A DNA stretch of 64,000 bases, from assembly GCF_028641065.1 (NCBI RefSeq), contig NC_073387.1, positions 35,836,001-35,900,000 of the forward strand, given 5' to 3'. Numbering within the stretch: position 1 is the stretch's first letter; each line of letters begins with the position of its first letter. Positions 1-12,616 of the stretch are shown here, piece after piece. Below the pieces are notes generated by a model, which did no database searches, was not told the origin of the DNA, and saw nothing but the letters and a program-made list of their open reading frames with translations. The translations under genes and the position numbers were made by a program. The stretch comes from Leucoraja erinacea. Lineage: Eukaryota.

Positions 1-78
1 ACCTTCGATTTTCAAGCATCTGCAGTTCCTTCTTAGTCACTAATACAGTCACTTCCATTTTGATAACCACATACTTAC

Positions 79-171
79 TATCATCTGTGGGGAAATATAA
101 TGCCACAGACCTCTAACCTTCACCTGGAAGTTTCCATTATTCACATCTTTACTTGCAATCCACAAAATATC
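79..171 (-). CDS. Candidate downstream exon of the TRIM locus (93 nt, phase 0 to 0; DILWIASKDVNNGNFQVKVRGLWHYISPQMI)
   Basis: Acceptor ttatttatag and donor GTAAGT. Only the phase-0 frame is open, and it matches the end phase of the 1237-1276 candidate. No recognisable homology. Confidence 0.25.
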
Positions 172-1098
172 CTATAAATAATTCAATGTTAGAAGCTTCT
201 TGAGGAGAAAACACTAAATGTCAAGGTTGTTGGAGGTAGGACAATGTCAGGTTATGGCCATGGGGGAGTTTGCCATGTCTCTTTGATTCAATCACAAATA
301 TTTTCACACATTGTTAATACATTACTTTCTCTTTGACATAAGTAATGTGGGTGAACAAGACAACACGTAACTCTGGCTACTCAGGAATAATGCTGTGCCC
401 TTGGCATCCAAATGTCATTACATTTGTGTGGAAAAATATATTAATTAACTTAAAGCAAATAATGTTTTATGATATGCTTAGTATACCTGTGAACAGTTGA
501 CTAGGTGGAATGCAAGTTCAGGCCAGTGGCAGTTAGATAGCAATAGATAGTGATAATGTTATTTTTAAACCACATTATCTATAAGCTCTGTTCCTTATTA
601 ACAGGACGAAAATACATGTTCTGGTGTGGAAATCACTGTGATTGTTGTGCACTTGTTTGTCATTCCTTCTTGCAAAAAGAAAGAACCAAAAGGGGTATCC
701 TGCCTGACTCCTTTCAATGGGAGGGAGCTGAGGATTTGATAGTAACAAAGCAAAATATTTAATTTATAAATATTATAACAATTTATGAATATGTAACAAT
801 TAATATTTAATTGTTAGTGGTAAAGCAGTGAATAACAATTTGTAATTGAATCGAGCAGGCATTCTGTAACTCTTTAAAAGGAATAAAAAATATATTTAAT
901 CTTTTTTTTTGCAAACAAGTAGGTTTCTTATTCTGCAGAGTAATTCTCTGCCACCACAGAACCTCCGTTGCCTACATCTATGATATTCTTGATGCACCTA
1001 CTTCGCACATAGCATGAGAGTGAAGGAATGCCCATTCACTGCTAGGACGAGTATAATTTGCACTTCATTCAAGAAGATAGACACCATCAAAGATACTT

Positions 1099-1210
1099 GT
1101 GTCGGAAGGAACTGCAGATGCTGGTTTAAATTGCAGATAGACACAAAATGCTGGAGTAACTCAGCGGGACAGGCAACATGCTGAGTTACTCCAGCATTTT
1201 GCGTTTATCT
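1099..1210. mobile_element. Short Penelope-derived 3' (pseudo-LTR) fragment with internal inversion
   Basis: ggaaggaactgcagatgctgg...gctggagtaactcagc motif shared with other PLE ends in the window. About 31-bp inverted arms (1135-1165 / 1180-1210). Flanked by accatcaa(a)gatactt direct repeats. Confidence 0.7.
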
Positions 1211-1236
1211 ACCATCAAGATACTTCATCCTCTTAC

Positions 1237-1276
1237 CTGAAAATACACCTCTACAATAAGTAGTTGGCAACACTGC
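1237..1276 (-). CDS. Candidate downstream exon (40 nt, phase 2 to 0; QCCQLLIVEVYFQ)
   Basis: Strong catttttcag acceptor and CAG|GTAAGA donor. Frame is compatible with the 2250-2325 candidate. Confidence 0.25.
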
Positions 1277-1425
1277 CTGAAAAATGTTCAGCACCATACC
1301 AAGCACATTACAAACCTGTGATCATTACACCCCAGGGCAAAGCGAGCAGGTGCATGGGAGTAGCTCTGTCTTTGTTCCTTTCTAAATGGCTCAGCATTTT
1401 GACTTTGAATTGATTGATTAAAAGA

Positions 1426-1667
1426 TACAGCGTAGAAACAGGCCCTTTGGCCCATCGAGTCTACATCGACCAATGATCACCCGTTCACAAAAAATTCTAT
1501 GTTATCCCACTTTCACTTTTACTCCCAGCACACTTGGGGCAATTAACAGAGGCTAAGTAACCTGTAAACCCGCACATCTTTGGGATCTGGGAAGAAACCG
1601 AAGCATCCGAAGGAAACTCACGTGGTTATAGGGAGAACATGCAAACTCCACATAGCAAGCACCTGAG
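1426..1667 (-). mobile_element. tRNA-derived V-SINE (HE1-like), 5' truncated
   Basis: Reverse complement of the SINE body and 3' end seen at 41316-41628. Confidence 0.75.
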
Positions 1668-2249
1668 GGATATATATCACTCTATGTTCAACATTGTTGG
1701 GTGAAAATCTTGGAACTCCCTTTCTTCACCATTACAGTGAATATAAAAAAGTCTGGCAGCAACTATTCAAGCAAATTCTGGATATGGATAAATGTCATTG
1801 CTTCTGCCAATGTACCCATCATGAAAATCAGCATGTCGAGGATTATCTCCATGCAGTGTAAAATATTTTGTTCAATCAGTGAGATATTACAAGTTTAAAC
1901 TTGTTTGAAATTGTGTTTAACACAATTTAAGTATGTGACCAGTATTAAAAGCATTCTTACTCCATATTTTATAACCTTACCTTATATGAATAAGACAGGT
2001 TTAGAGGAATATGGGCCAAACACAGGCAGGTGGGACCAGCGAAGATGGGACATGTTGATCGTTGTGGGCCACATAGGCCAAAGGGTCTACGCTGTATGAC
2101 TCTATGACTTTACTCATATAACAAACCTCAGGCCCACGCTTGCTTACCGCTCCACACACACAAATTCAACGAGAAATGTGTTAAAACCACAATTACCCTT
2201 TGATATTTGTATAGAGTGATTTGCAAAAGTAACGTGCATTTTTACTTAC

Positions 2250-2325
2250 GTGTGTTCCATTATATGATCCTCTGCATAGTAGTCTTCCAATCGAAACCTC
2301 TCCTGCATTACTTCCTGTGACATAG
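2250..2325 (-). CDS. Candidate exon paralogous to TRIM exon 6 (76 nt, phase 1 to 2; xMSQEVMQERFRLEDYYAEDHIMEHT)
   Basis: AG acceptor and GTAAGT donor. Same splice phases as 12617-12695. Ungapped peptide similarity EVxxERxxLEDxxxED up to the donor. Confidence 0.45.
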
Positions 2326-2894
2326 CTTTCATAAAAAGATTTTTAACAATTTCATTTATCATTTACTATTGGTACAGGAATTTACTCTTTACTACCATAT
2401 TTTCTACCAGTTTAATTACAAATATTACAACATTTAAATCATTGGTGCTGATACTGGTCAGAATATGTGCATTTTTGTCAGGAAAATTATCAGTGTATCT
2501 CCAATAAACATTTGCAAATATCTGCTTCTGATTCCCATTAAATACCTTCCTGAAGATCAAGATTAAATTACATGATGGGTTAGCATTGTTTCTGTTATGC
2601 CTGATACTTCCAGCTCATGACCTGCTATTGAATCACAGAGGGGTGAGAGTGCACTAATTTTCAGGATGGATGGCTCATTCCAAGGGGCTGCTGCATTTAT
2701 TGGGTATGAATAAGTCCATCCCTGGTTGTCAGTGCTAAACATGTAATATACAAACACCTTCACATTGTACTAAATTTTCCTGAAAATCCAAAGAAAATAT
2801 CAATGCAGAGCCACTATAAAGCCAAACGTCTAGACATGTGGCTGAGGATACATTTCTAATGGCATTCTGAAAATATGTTCTTCAGCTTATTCAT

Positions 2895-3630
2895 ATAGAG
2901 GCATATAGCATGGAAATATGCCAAACTTGTCCATGCTGACCAAAATGTCCCATCTACGCTAGTCCCACCAGCCTGCGTTTGGCCCATATCCCTCTAAAAC
3001 ATTCCTATCCATGTACCTGTCCAAATATCTTAAATGGTATAATACCTGGCTCAGCTACCTCCTCTCTGGCAGCTTGTTCCAAAAACCCATCACCCTCTGA
3101 GTGAAAAAGCTGCCTCTCAGGATACAATTAAATCTTTCCCCTTCCACCTTAAACCCATGTCCCCTAGTTCTTAATTCTCATACTTTGAGGTAAAATACAT
3201 TGTGCATTCACCATATCTATCCTCCTTATGATTTTATACACCTCATCCTCCTGTGCTTCGAGGAATAAAGTCCTCGCCTCCTTATAACTCAGGCCCTCAA
3301 GTCCAGACAACATCCTTATAAATCTTCTCTGCATTATTTTCAGCTTAAAGATATCCTTCCTATAGCAAGGTGACCAAAACTGAAAACAATGTTCCAAATG
3401 TGGCCTCAGCCGCGTATAACTATAACATCTCAACATCTATACTCAATATCCTGACTGTTGGGGAGGCTAACGTACGATGAGTCTTCTTAACCACTTGAGC
3501 TAACTGCGATGACACTTTCAGGGACCTGTGTACCTGCATTCCTAGATCCTTCTCCTCCCTGACAGTCCCCAGGGCCCCACCATTCACTATGATAGTCCTG
3601 ACCTGGATTGACTACGAGAAATGCAACCAA
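2895..3630 (-). mobile_element. CR1 LINE (HER1-like) 3' fragment, degenerate
   Basis: ORF 3164-3436 gives RPHLEHCFQFWSP...QRRFIRML.GLEGLSY, a typical CR1 ORF2 C-terminus, followed by a CR1-type 3' UTR. Confidence 0.85.
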
Positions 3631-4984
3631 AAGGTAAGATGTTCAAATGTTTTACATGACTATAAAATTCCAAAGCAGCAAGGGTTCAAAGATATCTAGA
3701 TTCTGTCTGTCATTTATCCCTCAATCTTAAACAAATGGTGATTTGTCTCAATTTGATTTTAGTGAAACTAAACTGTGCAGCCATTTCCCAGCTACTGTAG
3801 ATGACTCCAATTCAACCAATTCAGTGGTTATGATTTACATTTAAATGTCATTAGGAAAGTACTGTGTTAAAATAGGCTGTTTAACCAGTTATCAGAAATG
3901 TGTTCAAGCACATTCTACACAATGATCGGTCAATAAGAGTTTATCATGAATTGCTCAGCAAACTTCAGCATTGCATCAGTAGACTCAGCCACTAAGATCT
4001 AAGAAGTCACTAGTGAGGTTGAAAAATATAATTATTGCAGTGGCATGTTCTTTTGCTTTGGGTTTAAGAAAATGAGGTAGAAATTAATCCTTGTTGAGCT
4101 TGTGAAAAAAAGGTTTGTTTGTTACACAATAAAATGAGATCGGTTTGAGAAATTAACCTAATACCAGATTGAAGAAACTTTCAGAAGAATCTGTTGGCCA
4201 TCGAGAACAGATTTCTCCAGCATTAGTGAATGCTGAAATGCCAGTTTTTCATTCCAGCTATGAAAATGGATAATTGCAGAGTCCAGTAACATTAGGGTTC
4301 TGCAGAAGCTTGGAGTTCTACAACAAAAGGTAAGCTGTTTTTTTTTTTTAATTAAAAGTTTTTAAAAATGGTGCTGTGCATAGTACTCCCCCAATTTAAC
4401 AGGATTCCCTGCTGCACCTGTTTTCCAGGACTTAACGTCAGATGTTTGCCAGTGAGACAAAGTCATTGATAATAATCTAATAGTCAAACAAACAGTTCAA
4501 TAATACTGTGAACCAGTAATTATGCTGATAGTACCTCCAGGTGATACCAATGCAAGTCATGGCCTTGGACCTTCCAGTTTGGACCTGCTTTGCAGTGCCA
4601 TGCTGTCTTTGCACCCAACATAAGGAATAAATTGGTTGCATAGTGTTTGGTGGTTCTGTTGCCCAGGTCCAGAAAACCCAGGTGTGAATCTGACCTATTC
4701 ACTACAAATTGGTCCTAGTGTAGACATGGGCCAGGAGAATCTGGAGGAGTTGGCCAACAAATGAGAGAGAATTGCCAACAGGGAAATAAGTGAGGGAACG
4801 GGACCTATGGATTGTTTCATTGTGAGCCAGCATAGATTTGAATGGTCAAATGGCTTCTTCCCATGACATATGATATATACCTCATTAATCAATAAGTATT
4901 GCAAAAAAAAGATCATTTATTAGCTTATTGATTTTTTTTTTAATTGCTCACGTTGTCATTTCATGGAAATCATAACATTATTGA

Positions 4985-5480
4985 AAGACAGCTCAAAAAC
5001 AGGTCATTCAGGACCACCTACCTTAAGCCAACTATGACTCCCTCCTACACTAATCCCATCTGCCTGCATTAGGTGTCTGCTCTACACTCCTCTACACACA
5101 TCCTAAAATGCCTTATAAACATTGTAGTTGTATCTGCCTTCATCATCTTCACTGACAACTCCTACCATATATTGAAGATAGATGCAAAAAGCTGGAGTAA
5201 CTCAGCGGGACAGGCAGCATCTCTGGAGAGATTTCCCCTGCCATATATTCATCACCTTCTGTGTAATATCATACCCCTTTCAATTTCTCACCTCTCACCT
5301 TAGACCTGTCCCTTTAGTTCCAGACTATCGAACCTATTTATTCACAATATAATTTTACAAACCTCTATAAGATCACACTACAGCCTTCCAAGTCCTAGTG
5401 AGCATAAACACAGCCTACCCAATATCTCTTTCAAACTGCAGCCCTCCAATGCCAGCATCAACCTTGTCCTGCTTGCAACT
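4985..5480 (-). mobile_element. Old CR1 3' fragment with a small PLE-derived insert (about 5175-5230)
   Basis: Similar to the other CR1 3' ends here. Embedded gctggagtaactcagcgggacaggcagcatctctggag motif. Confidence 0.55.
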
Positions 5481-7010
5481 ACATGTCGCTACAGACAGGT
5501 GCCATCTTAGGCCTTGGGCTCTTGGTGGAATCATTCGCAATTAATACGAACAAGGTAATAAGATTTTGTACAGTAAAATTTCCAATTAGAAGCAAAATAA
5601 AAATGCAGTCGTACATTAAAAAAATATAATTTCTAGGCATAAATATAAAATGGTGGAAACATGAAATTAAGATAGAAAAAGCTGACTGCATTTAACAGGC
5701 CATGTTACGTCTGTGGGGAAAGAGTTTCATGTTTCAGGTCAAGGCCACTTCATCAAAACTGAAAAAGTGAGATAAGGTTATTTGTCACTGCCTGTTTCCT
5801 TGTCCTTTCATTTGCTTTCAACATGGATGGGGATACATTATCTTAATTTCATTAGTCATAACCAGATGATACTTTATCTTTCCTTTTGGTAGTTTTTAAT
5901 GCCCAGAATGTTAGTTCACATTTTTCAAATCACATTAAATGGCTCTAAGTTTTAGGAAATGTTACTCATTGATAATTTACGCTAATCATTATGAATATGT
6001 AAAAGAATTTCAGTTAATATTTTCCAGTTAACATCAAATGCCAATTTGATAAAAAATTATCACACCTGACTCCCTTGACCCTTGAACTAATCTAAATTTC
6101 AACATGTCAAAAGCAGACCACTCTGCAAATCTAAATTGGTAGAACACTGATAATTTTCATATCTGCTGGGGAAACCAGAAGAAGAGGCAGCACACACATC
6201 CAATTGCACTGGCCAGCGCCGAAAATCATTTGCATGCAGTGTTTGGGATTTAGGTTTACCAAAGAAGTATCAACAATTTATATGAGGTATACAGTTTGAT
6301 TCTGGACTTAATCCCCTTAAGTCTGATTATAGGAGTGTCTGGGGCACATTAGTTAGATTTTAGTAGAATCTGTGATTAAGATTCAGGTCATGGGATGTAA
6401 AGCATTTTATGTGTTCAAATAAATATTGAGGCTAATAAATGGAGGGACAAGGGACATTTTTGTATCCAGTGCCAGTTTAAATCTCAATTGGCTTCACATC
6501 TCCAGGAGAGAGCATAATTGTAGAGCGATGAATTGGACAATTTCAATTCAACTAGGAACGATTTTGAATAAATGTAGACTGCTCAAATAACCCAGAGGTA
6601 TGCCCCTGAGCTGGCTAAAAGATGTAAATTAGAATGATCCCAGAAAAGTTACCCTGGTCAGTAGTATGTAAACACGCCCATTGCAATTTGCCACATTTCC
6701 ATCAAAGTGACCTGTTAGGCAACATCTCATTGTGCCTTAAAAAAAAACACATTGTATGAAGGATAAGTACACTATATTTTAGCATCATTCCATTGTCCAA
6801 GCTAGATACAGATATAAAAATGATTGTTAACTAAAACTAAAGTTTTCTTTATATATTTTTGTCAATGACTTTTTCAGTTTTTTTGCTACACTCAAACATC
6901 ACCTCACCACAATAAAATCACAGCACAAGAAAAGGGAAAACGTGAGAAGTAAATTTTAATATGATGGTAAGTGTTTTTAAGGATAATGAACCAGAAATTT
7001 TATTCCTTCA

Positions 7011-7918
7011 TCACATATTGGCCATGTACTGCTTCTCCGCAAATGTAACTATCTCCACTGGTCTGGTGCTAATTCTGGCACTACTAGTGGAAGGATGGGC
7101 TGTGTATATATCTTCTGCAGAAAGGCAAAGATCCCTAAGAATTGGAACTTCAAAGCCACTAACTCCTGAATATGGATTACTTTCCATCTCGGAATATGAA
7201 AAGTTAGTTTCTGCAATGAACTGACTGGAGCAGTAAGCTTGTTCCAAAACCTCCTCAGTTACAAGGCTAACCATGGAACTAATATCCTCACTAATTCCAC
7301 CTAAGCTTTTTTGCAATGCTGTGTGCATGTCTTGCAGATTTGTATTGATCTGCTTCAGGCCACTATGGATAGTATTCCATATATTGGCCATGTCCACCTG
7401 AAGTGCTTTTTGGATCTCTGCAAGCCCAATCTTTAGGGCACTCAAATGGTCTGTCATTCCAGCCTGCAAAACATTATGCAGTTCTGCAAGAATGGTTGCA
7501 TGCATGTCCGTTGCACCAGACTGGTTTGTAGCTTGCAGCTTTGCCACATTAAATGGTTCAGCTCCATGCATATCAGTGAAATTCGCATGCATGTGGGCTT
7601 CGAGATCAGCCACGGCAGCTTGTAGGTCCCCACTGATTGCATTCTTAGCCTCTTGTAGCCCCAAGAACAGAGCCTGAATATTCAGATCAAGCAGATCCTG
7701 TGGCATTACAACTTGCATCTGGTGACACCTACGTAGCCTTGCAGATGGTCTGGATACTGTCTCCTCCACCAACTGTGCCACAACTGCCTGTTCTGAGGTG
7801 GCCAGTTGCATTGAACGCTCCTGCAGCACAGGGGACCGTGATGACTCTTGAACTCCTCTGGTAGTTATCTTCATGCTTGATCTAGCTGGCTTCTCCAGCA
7901 CTAATCGGACTGGCACAT
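7011..7918 (-). CDS. Putative TRIM exon 8 (terminal coding exon, about 301 aa): low-complexity linker, 11-residue amphipathic repeat region, C-terminal tail
   Basis: Part of the 309-codon stop-free ORF 7011-7940 in non-repeat DNA. Strong acceptor TTGTCTCTTCCCACCTCCACAG|AT (phase 1) matches the end phase of exon 9677-9738. TGA at 7013-7011. Minus-strand AATAAA just downstream (about 7003-6998). Confidence 0.6.
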
Positions 7919-8164
7919 CTGTGGAGGTGGGAAGAGACAACCATGAAGTTATACCCTTTGATGAGCTCTGGATTTAGCAGTTGCTTCAATCTAGAGAATA
8001 GAATTAATCAAATTGCATTTGGTGTGATGATGATAAAACTATCGATGGCAACAGTAGGCACGGTTCAACGTGTTCAAGTTGAAGGGATGACATGCAAATC
8101 ATAACAGATCACTGCAACAATCTGTTCCACCCATTGTACTCCCAGGGTAACTTTCAGGGCCCAT

Positions 8165-8930
8165 AAGAAACTGCAGATGCTAAAACCTTGAGCAAAAAAC
8201 AAAGTGCTGGAGGATTTCAACAGGTCAGGCAGCATCTGTGGAGGGAATGGGCAGATGGCATTTCGGGTCAGGAGCATTCTTCAAAGCTGGAAAAGAGCAG
8301 CTGAGCTGGGACAAAGCCTGGCACGTGATCTGGTGGATATATGGAGGTGATTGCCATAAGGGTGGAGCATGTCATAAAGTCTAGAGATGAAAAGGAGACA
8401 AAAGGGTGTCAGATAAAGAAGGAAGAGTAAGAATGAAATGTAAAGCCAGAGAGAGGGATATAGGAGAAGAGGACAGGTGGAAGGGAAAAATTGTGGTTAA
8501 AAAGGAAATTGGGAGAGGAAAGGAGCAGGGAGACTGGGGTTTGGGAGATGGTGGGAGAAATGTGTATGCACTGAAATGAGGAGGTGCAATGGAGAAGGGA
8601 GGTAGAAGGGAATACTTGAAATTCATTCTTCATACTGTTGGGTTGTAAGCTACCCATGTGGCTGTTCCTCCAGTTTGCATGTGGCCTCACTCTCACAATG
8701 GAAGAGACCAAGGGCATAAAGGTTGATATGGGAATGGGAAGAGACTTAAAGTGATTCATAATCGGAAGCTCCAGCAAGCTTGGGGAGGGAGCGCATTGGG
8801 TGGAAGTGATGAGTGAACCAAGGAGTTGCAGAAGGAGTGTTCACTATAGAAAGTGGAAAGGAGTGAATTCACGCATGGTGCTGAATATGACATAAAGGGA
8901 TGGATTGGAATTGTGAATTCAGAAGTGCAC
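8165..8930 (-). mobile_element. Degenerate Penelope-like element 3' region
   Basis: GIY-YIG C-terminal remnant (CQ/SEATCKLEEQ..GSLQP-like), purine-rich tract and pseudo-LTR motif gaaactgcagatgct. Confidence 0.7.
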
Positions 8931-8943
8931 AAAACAACATAGG

Positions 8944-9060
8944 ACGGCACAGTGGTGCAGCTGGTAGAGCTTCTGCCTCACAGCACCGGAGCCCTTTGTT
9001 GATCCTGACATCGGGTGCTGTCTGCATGGATAACATAGAACTAGAGTGAACAGGTGATCA
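8944..9060 (+). mobile_element. V-SINE 5' fragment (tRNA-like head)
   Basis: ggcacagtggtgcagctggtagagcttctgcctcacagc head, as in the full copies. Confidence 0.7.
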
Positions 9061-9676
9061 ATTTTCTTAGATATCTTTTCTAAGATATTTTCCTACAATT
9101 TGCTTCTATCAATTTAAGTCTTTGGTTCCAGTTATTTGATTTCTTTACTGTGACGTTGATAATTTTATGTATTGTTTTTATTTCTGACATTGTTTCATGA
9201 TATCACGTTCACATTTACTGTCATGCAAATACATTTTCTTATGTGAACTGTATTTATGAACACCCATGACCAAAGCCATTGCCTTCTGCCATTCAGAATT
9301 ATCTCTATTTTTGATAAATCTTGCTGCTGCATCAGTGAAATAAATGCTTCCTTCTTTTACTTGGGTTGTCGTCTTCTGTATTTTTCAGTAACAATTTCAC
9401 ATTCACTCACAGATATATCATGTTTATAATAAATTTGAATTATCCTGAGTGTTTTATTGGGAGTGGCCTTGCGATAATAAAAATTGAATTATATGACATT
9501 CAGAACAGATGGAAGGAATTCCACAAATTAAAGATACTAAAGATTAGAAATAATTTTGACACTTAGAAAAGGAATGTTTCATGGTTTGAATATAATGATT
9601 ACAACTTGCAGCAAGGTTATTGTTGCCTCAGATTTTTGGGCAGGTTCTCGAATATATATCAGTCTACTTTAAATAC

Positions 9677-9738
9677 CTTTGCAAAACAGAGATGTATACT
9701 GTGTTCTTCTGACCTCTCCAGTGGTACCTGTGGGTTTC
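9677..9738 (-). CDS. TRIM exon 7 (62 nt, phase 2 to 1; KPTGTTGEVRRTQYTSLFCK)
   Basis: T-rich acceptor ttttatttttaaattattatag and donor AAG|GTATTT. It bridges exon 6 (ends phase 2) to the phase-1 acceptor at 7918. All three frames are open, so the frame is inferred from the neighbours. Confidence 0.6.
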
Positions 9739-9869
9739 CTATAATAATTTAAAAATAAAATGTTTGTTAGTTCTCAAGCTCTCCAGGCATTCTTTAAAAC
9801 ACTGCTTCTAATGGAGTGCTATATAGATTAATTATTAATGATTAATTAACTGTTATTGATGGTGTTCCA

Positions 9870-10215
9870 AGAGGCATAGTCATAGAGTCTTACGGTGAGG
9901 AAACAGGCCCCTCAGCCCAACTTGCCCTCACCAGCCAACATGTCCCATCTAACCAGTTTCAGCTGCCTGCGTTTGGCCCATATCCCTCTAAAACTGTCCT
10001 ATCCATGTACCTGTCTAAATCTTTCTTAAACGTTCCTCCTCCGGCAGCTCGTTCCATACACCCACCACCATTTGTGTGAAAAGGTTACTCCTCTGGTTCC
10101 CATTAAATCTTTCCCCCCTCACCTTAAACCTGTGTCCTCTGGTTCTAGATTCCTCTACTCTGGGCAAGATAGTCTGCGCATCTACCCAATCTATTCCTCT
10201 CATGATTTTGTACAT
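9870..10215 (-). mobile_element. CR1 LINE 3' end
   Basis: YKIMRGIDWVDAQTILPRVEESRTRGHRFKVRGERF motif plus 3' UTR. Confidence 0.85.
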
Positions 10216-11839
10216 GTGGTTTTGCATTTATTACAAGTCAGAGTGCAATGTGACAATGGAACATTCAACGTGTATGAATTGTATTGGCATCGTGGCAGCG
10301 AGGTTGTTTCTTCTGTCTGGAGTTCTAGATTTCTGGTTATCTCTACAACCTTTTGGATATCTGAGAAGTATGACCATGCACAAACAGACTCTTCAGCAAC
10401 GTACCAATAAGTGCAGTTGATCTTGCAAAGGTGTATCAAGTATCATGCCTTTGTCCTTCCTGTATCTGATGCCCATATCTGTCTCATCATTAACCATCTC
10501 CATCTTTGGCAATGCTAGATCTGCTTTGTGCCACCTTTCCATTTACACCGGTGGAGATCGCTTGATTCTCAGCAGATGTATTAGGTTAAAGTCTAAAGTC
10601 TAAAGCAAAAGTCTAAACACCAGGCGTAACTGCTGGCTTTATCATTGATGCATCCCTTAGCCTATCTGCAGGCACTTCATTAATAACTTTTCTTCTGAAA
10701 CACATTATTAGGATTGTGGCTGTTCACTGATAATTATCCAGTTTTTAATCTTTACCACCACTTCTCTGGGAATGAACCTATTGACAGGGACCTGTTACAG
10801 AACCTAATATCTAGACTGTGTTGCCATATAACTCGGAACATTCATAACATCATAAATAGTAAAGATCCTCATGAACAACATAAAACACTGTCACTTCCCA
10901 ATGCCATTAATGACATCAAGATCACAAAGACCCCTGTCATCAACACCATCCCTCTGAACAGAAGTGACATTGGACCAGTTATATTGACACTGTTGCAGCA
11001 AGATGAGAGGAAATGAAACAAGGGGATCGATTGTTCATCTCTTTAGGGCTTGAAAGCCTCCCCACATCTACAATGTTCATCTCAGGGATGTGGCACCATA
11101 CTTACAATAATATTTGCCTGGTAGCCTGGTAGCAAAATGAGCAATTTCCCAAGGTTATTTCAATTGCACCCCTCGTAACCTATGAAATATTTCAGCCATA
11201 AAATATTTTATGTGGAATATTAGCTGAGCGTTTTGCTCAAACTAATAGTATAATTGCAAGTAACATTTAACATTTAACATTTTGGGAAGCAGAGACAGGG
11301 CTCAATGACACATTGTTGTACACTAGGAGCTTAGAGGATGTATGCTGGTTTTGTCAGGAAAATACATTATTTTTAGAGTCTACTTGACCTCAATTAAGTA
11401 CAGAGCAATAAAGCTCAGAGTAGCAATTGGTAATGACATCCTAGTTCTCATTGCCTTGGAACATATATTATTAGTCACTTAAATTTCACAAATATTTTTT
11501 CCACAAATTATAACAGTCATTCCAATGTGTGTGAACTAATCGCACTCTCACAAAATGAATGGTAAATATAAAAATAATCTGGCAAATTACTGGAGCGTCT
11601 TGATTAATGATACTATCTGTGCAGACTGAATTCACCAATAAAGATTTTCTATCTATTTTCTGCTTATTCTGAATTTAAAACTATTTTTTCTAATGTCATC
11701 AGGTTGAGTGGCATCACCGTATTAAGCAATCCAACCTTTACTGCTGATATTAGGCAGTAAATTAGTAGACTAGCTTTCAATATCTTGGAAACATAGAATG
11801 GTGGATGGAGGAGAGGAATGTTGGACTGTTGAGGAATGT

Positions 11840-12045
11840 TGAACTCAGTGGGTGAGGTAGCATCTATGGAGAAAAGGAGTAGAGCAACGTTTTGGGTCGA
11901 GGCTGATGTCATGGGAGGGGGGGGGGGGGGGGGGGGGGGAAAAAGAAAGGAAGTGGTAGAGATAGTAGGCTATGTGGGAGAGCTGGGAATGGGAGGGGAA
12001 GGAGGGAGAAAGCAAGGACTACCTGAAATTAGAGGTCAATATTCC
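11840..12045 (-). mobile_element. Penelope 3' fragment with poly-G tract
   Basis: Near-identical to 13150-13370 and 21620-21830. Confidence 0.75.
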
Positions 12046-12079
12046 ACATAAAATGACTGGGGACTTATCTCCTTCACCC

Positions 12080-12600
12080 ATCATGGGTACTCTGGGTGTT
12101 CCAAGGTCGACTGCGAGAGGTGACCCGGTGCACGGAATGGGAGCAGTGGTTGTGTGAAGCAAGGGACGGTGTGTTGGTGGGTCAATGTGTCCTGGTCAAT
12201 GTGTTGGTGGAAAGGGTCACTGAAGGCCCTGCAGCTGCCTGGAGATCCATGGGATCGGGCGCCTCTGAGGTCCCCATAGAGGCAGAGCGCGTGGATCGGA
12301 TGTGGCCTGCAGCGGCATAGAGCGGAGGTGCAGCGGTGGAGGACATCAACAACATCGCCTGGCCAGGCCAACCCCAACAGCTCTGACCCTGTGCTGTCAC
12401 TGTCTTTAAGACCAAGTTTAGACTCTACATGAAACTTGAAGGATGCAAGATGGTGCCAGAAATGTGGCAACTCTAGTGTACCTCCTCACTGCAATCTATT
12501 TTCTTACACTCTTGGACTTAAGTGTACAGCAAGATTTTCACTGAATTGCATGCAAAATTCCACTGTACCTTGGTGCATGTGACAAAGTATCATAAAACTA
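12080..12600 (+). mobile_element. Non-autonomous GC-rich retroposon with LINE-derived tail (unclassified)
   Basis: GC-rich body ending in aattccactgtaccttggtgcatgtgacaa, a tail shared with other elements in the window (e.g. 18260-18300, 33420-33460). Confidence 0.5.
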
Positions 12601-12616
12601 TTGAACTATTACTCAC

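Noticed and set aside
2366-2763. Two short minus-strand ORFs considered as a degenerate PRY/SPRY exon
   Set aside because: No B30.2 motifs are recognisable.
4168-4329. Plus-strand exon-like segment ending in AAG|GTAAGC
   Set aside because: The two frames I read from the acceptor hit stops and I found no partner exons. A non-coding exon cannot be excluded.
7940-7990. Alternative upstream acceptor (ttctattctctag) for exon 8
   Set aside because: All frames from this acceptor hit stops early, including an in-frame TAA before the long ORF. The acceptor at 7919 is stronger and phase-compatible.
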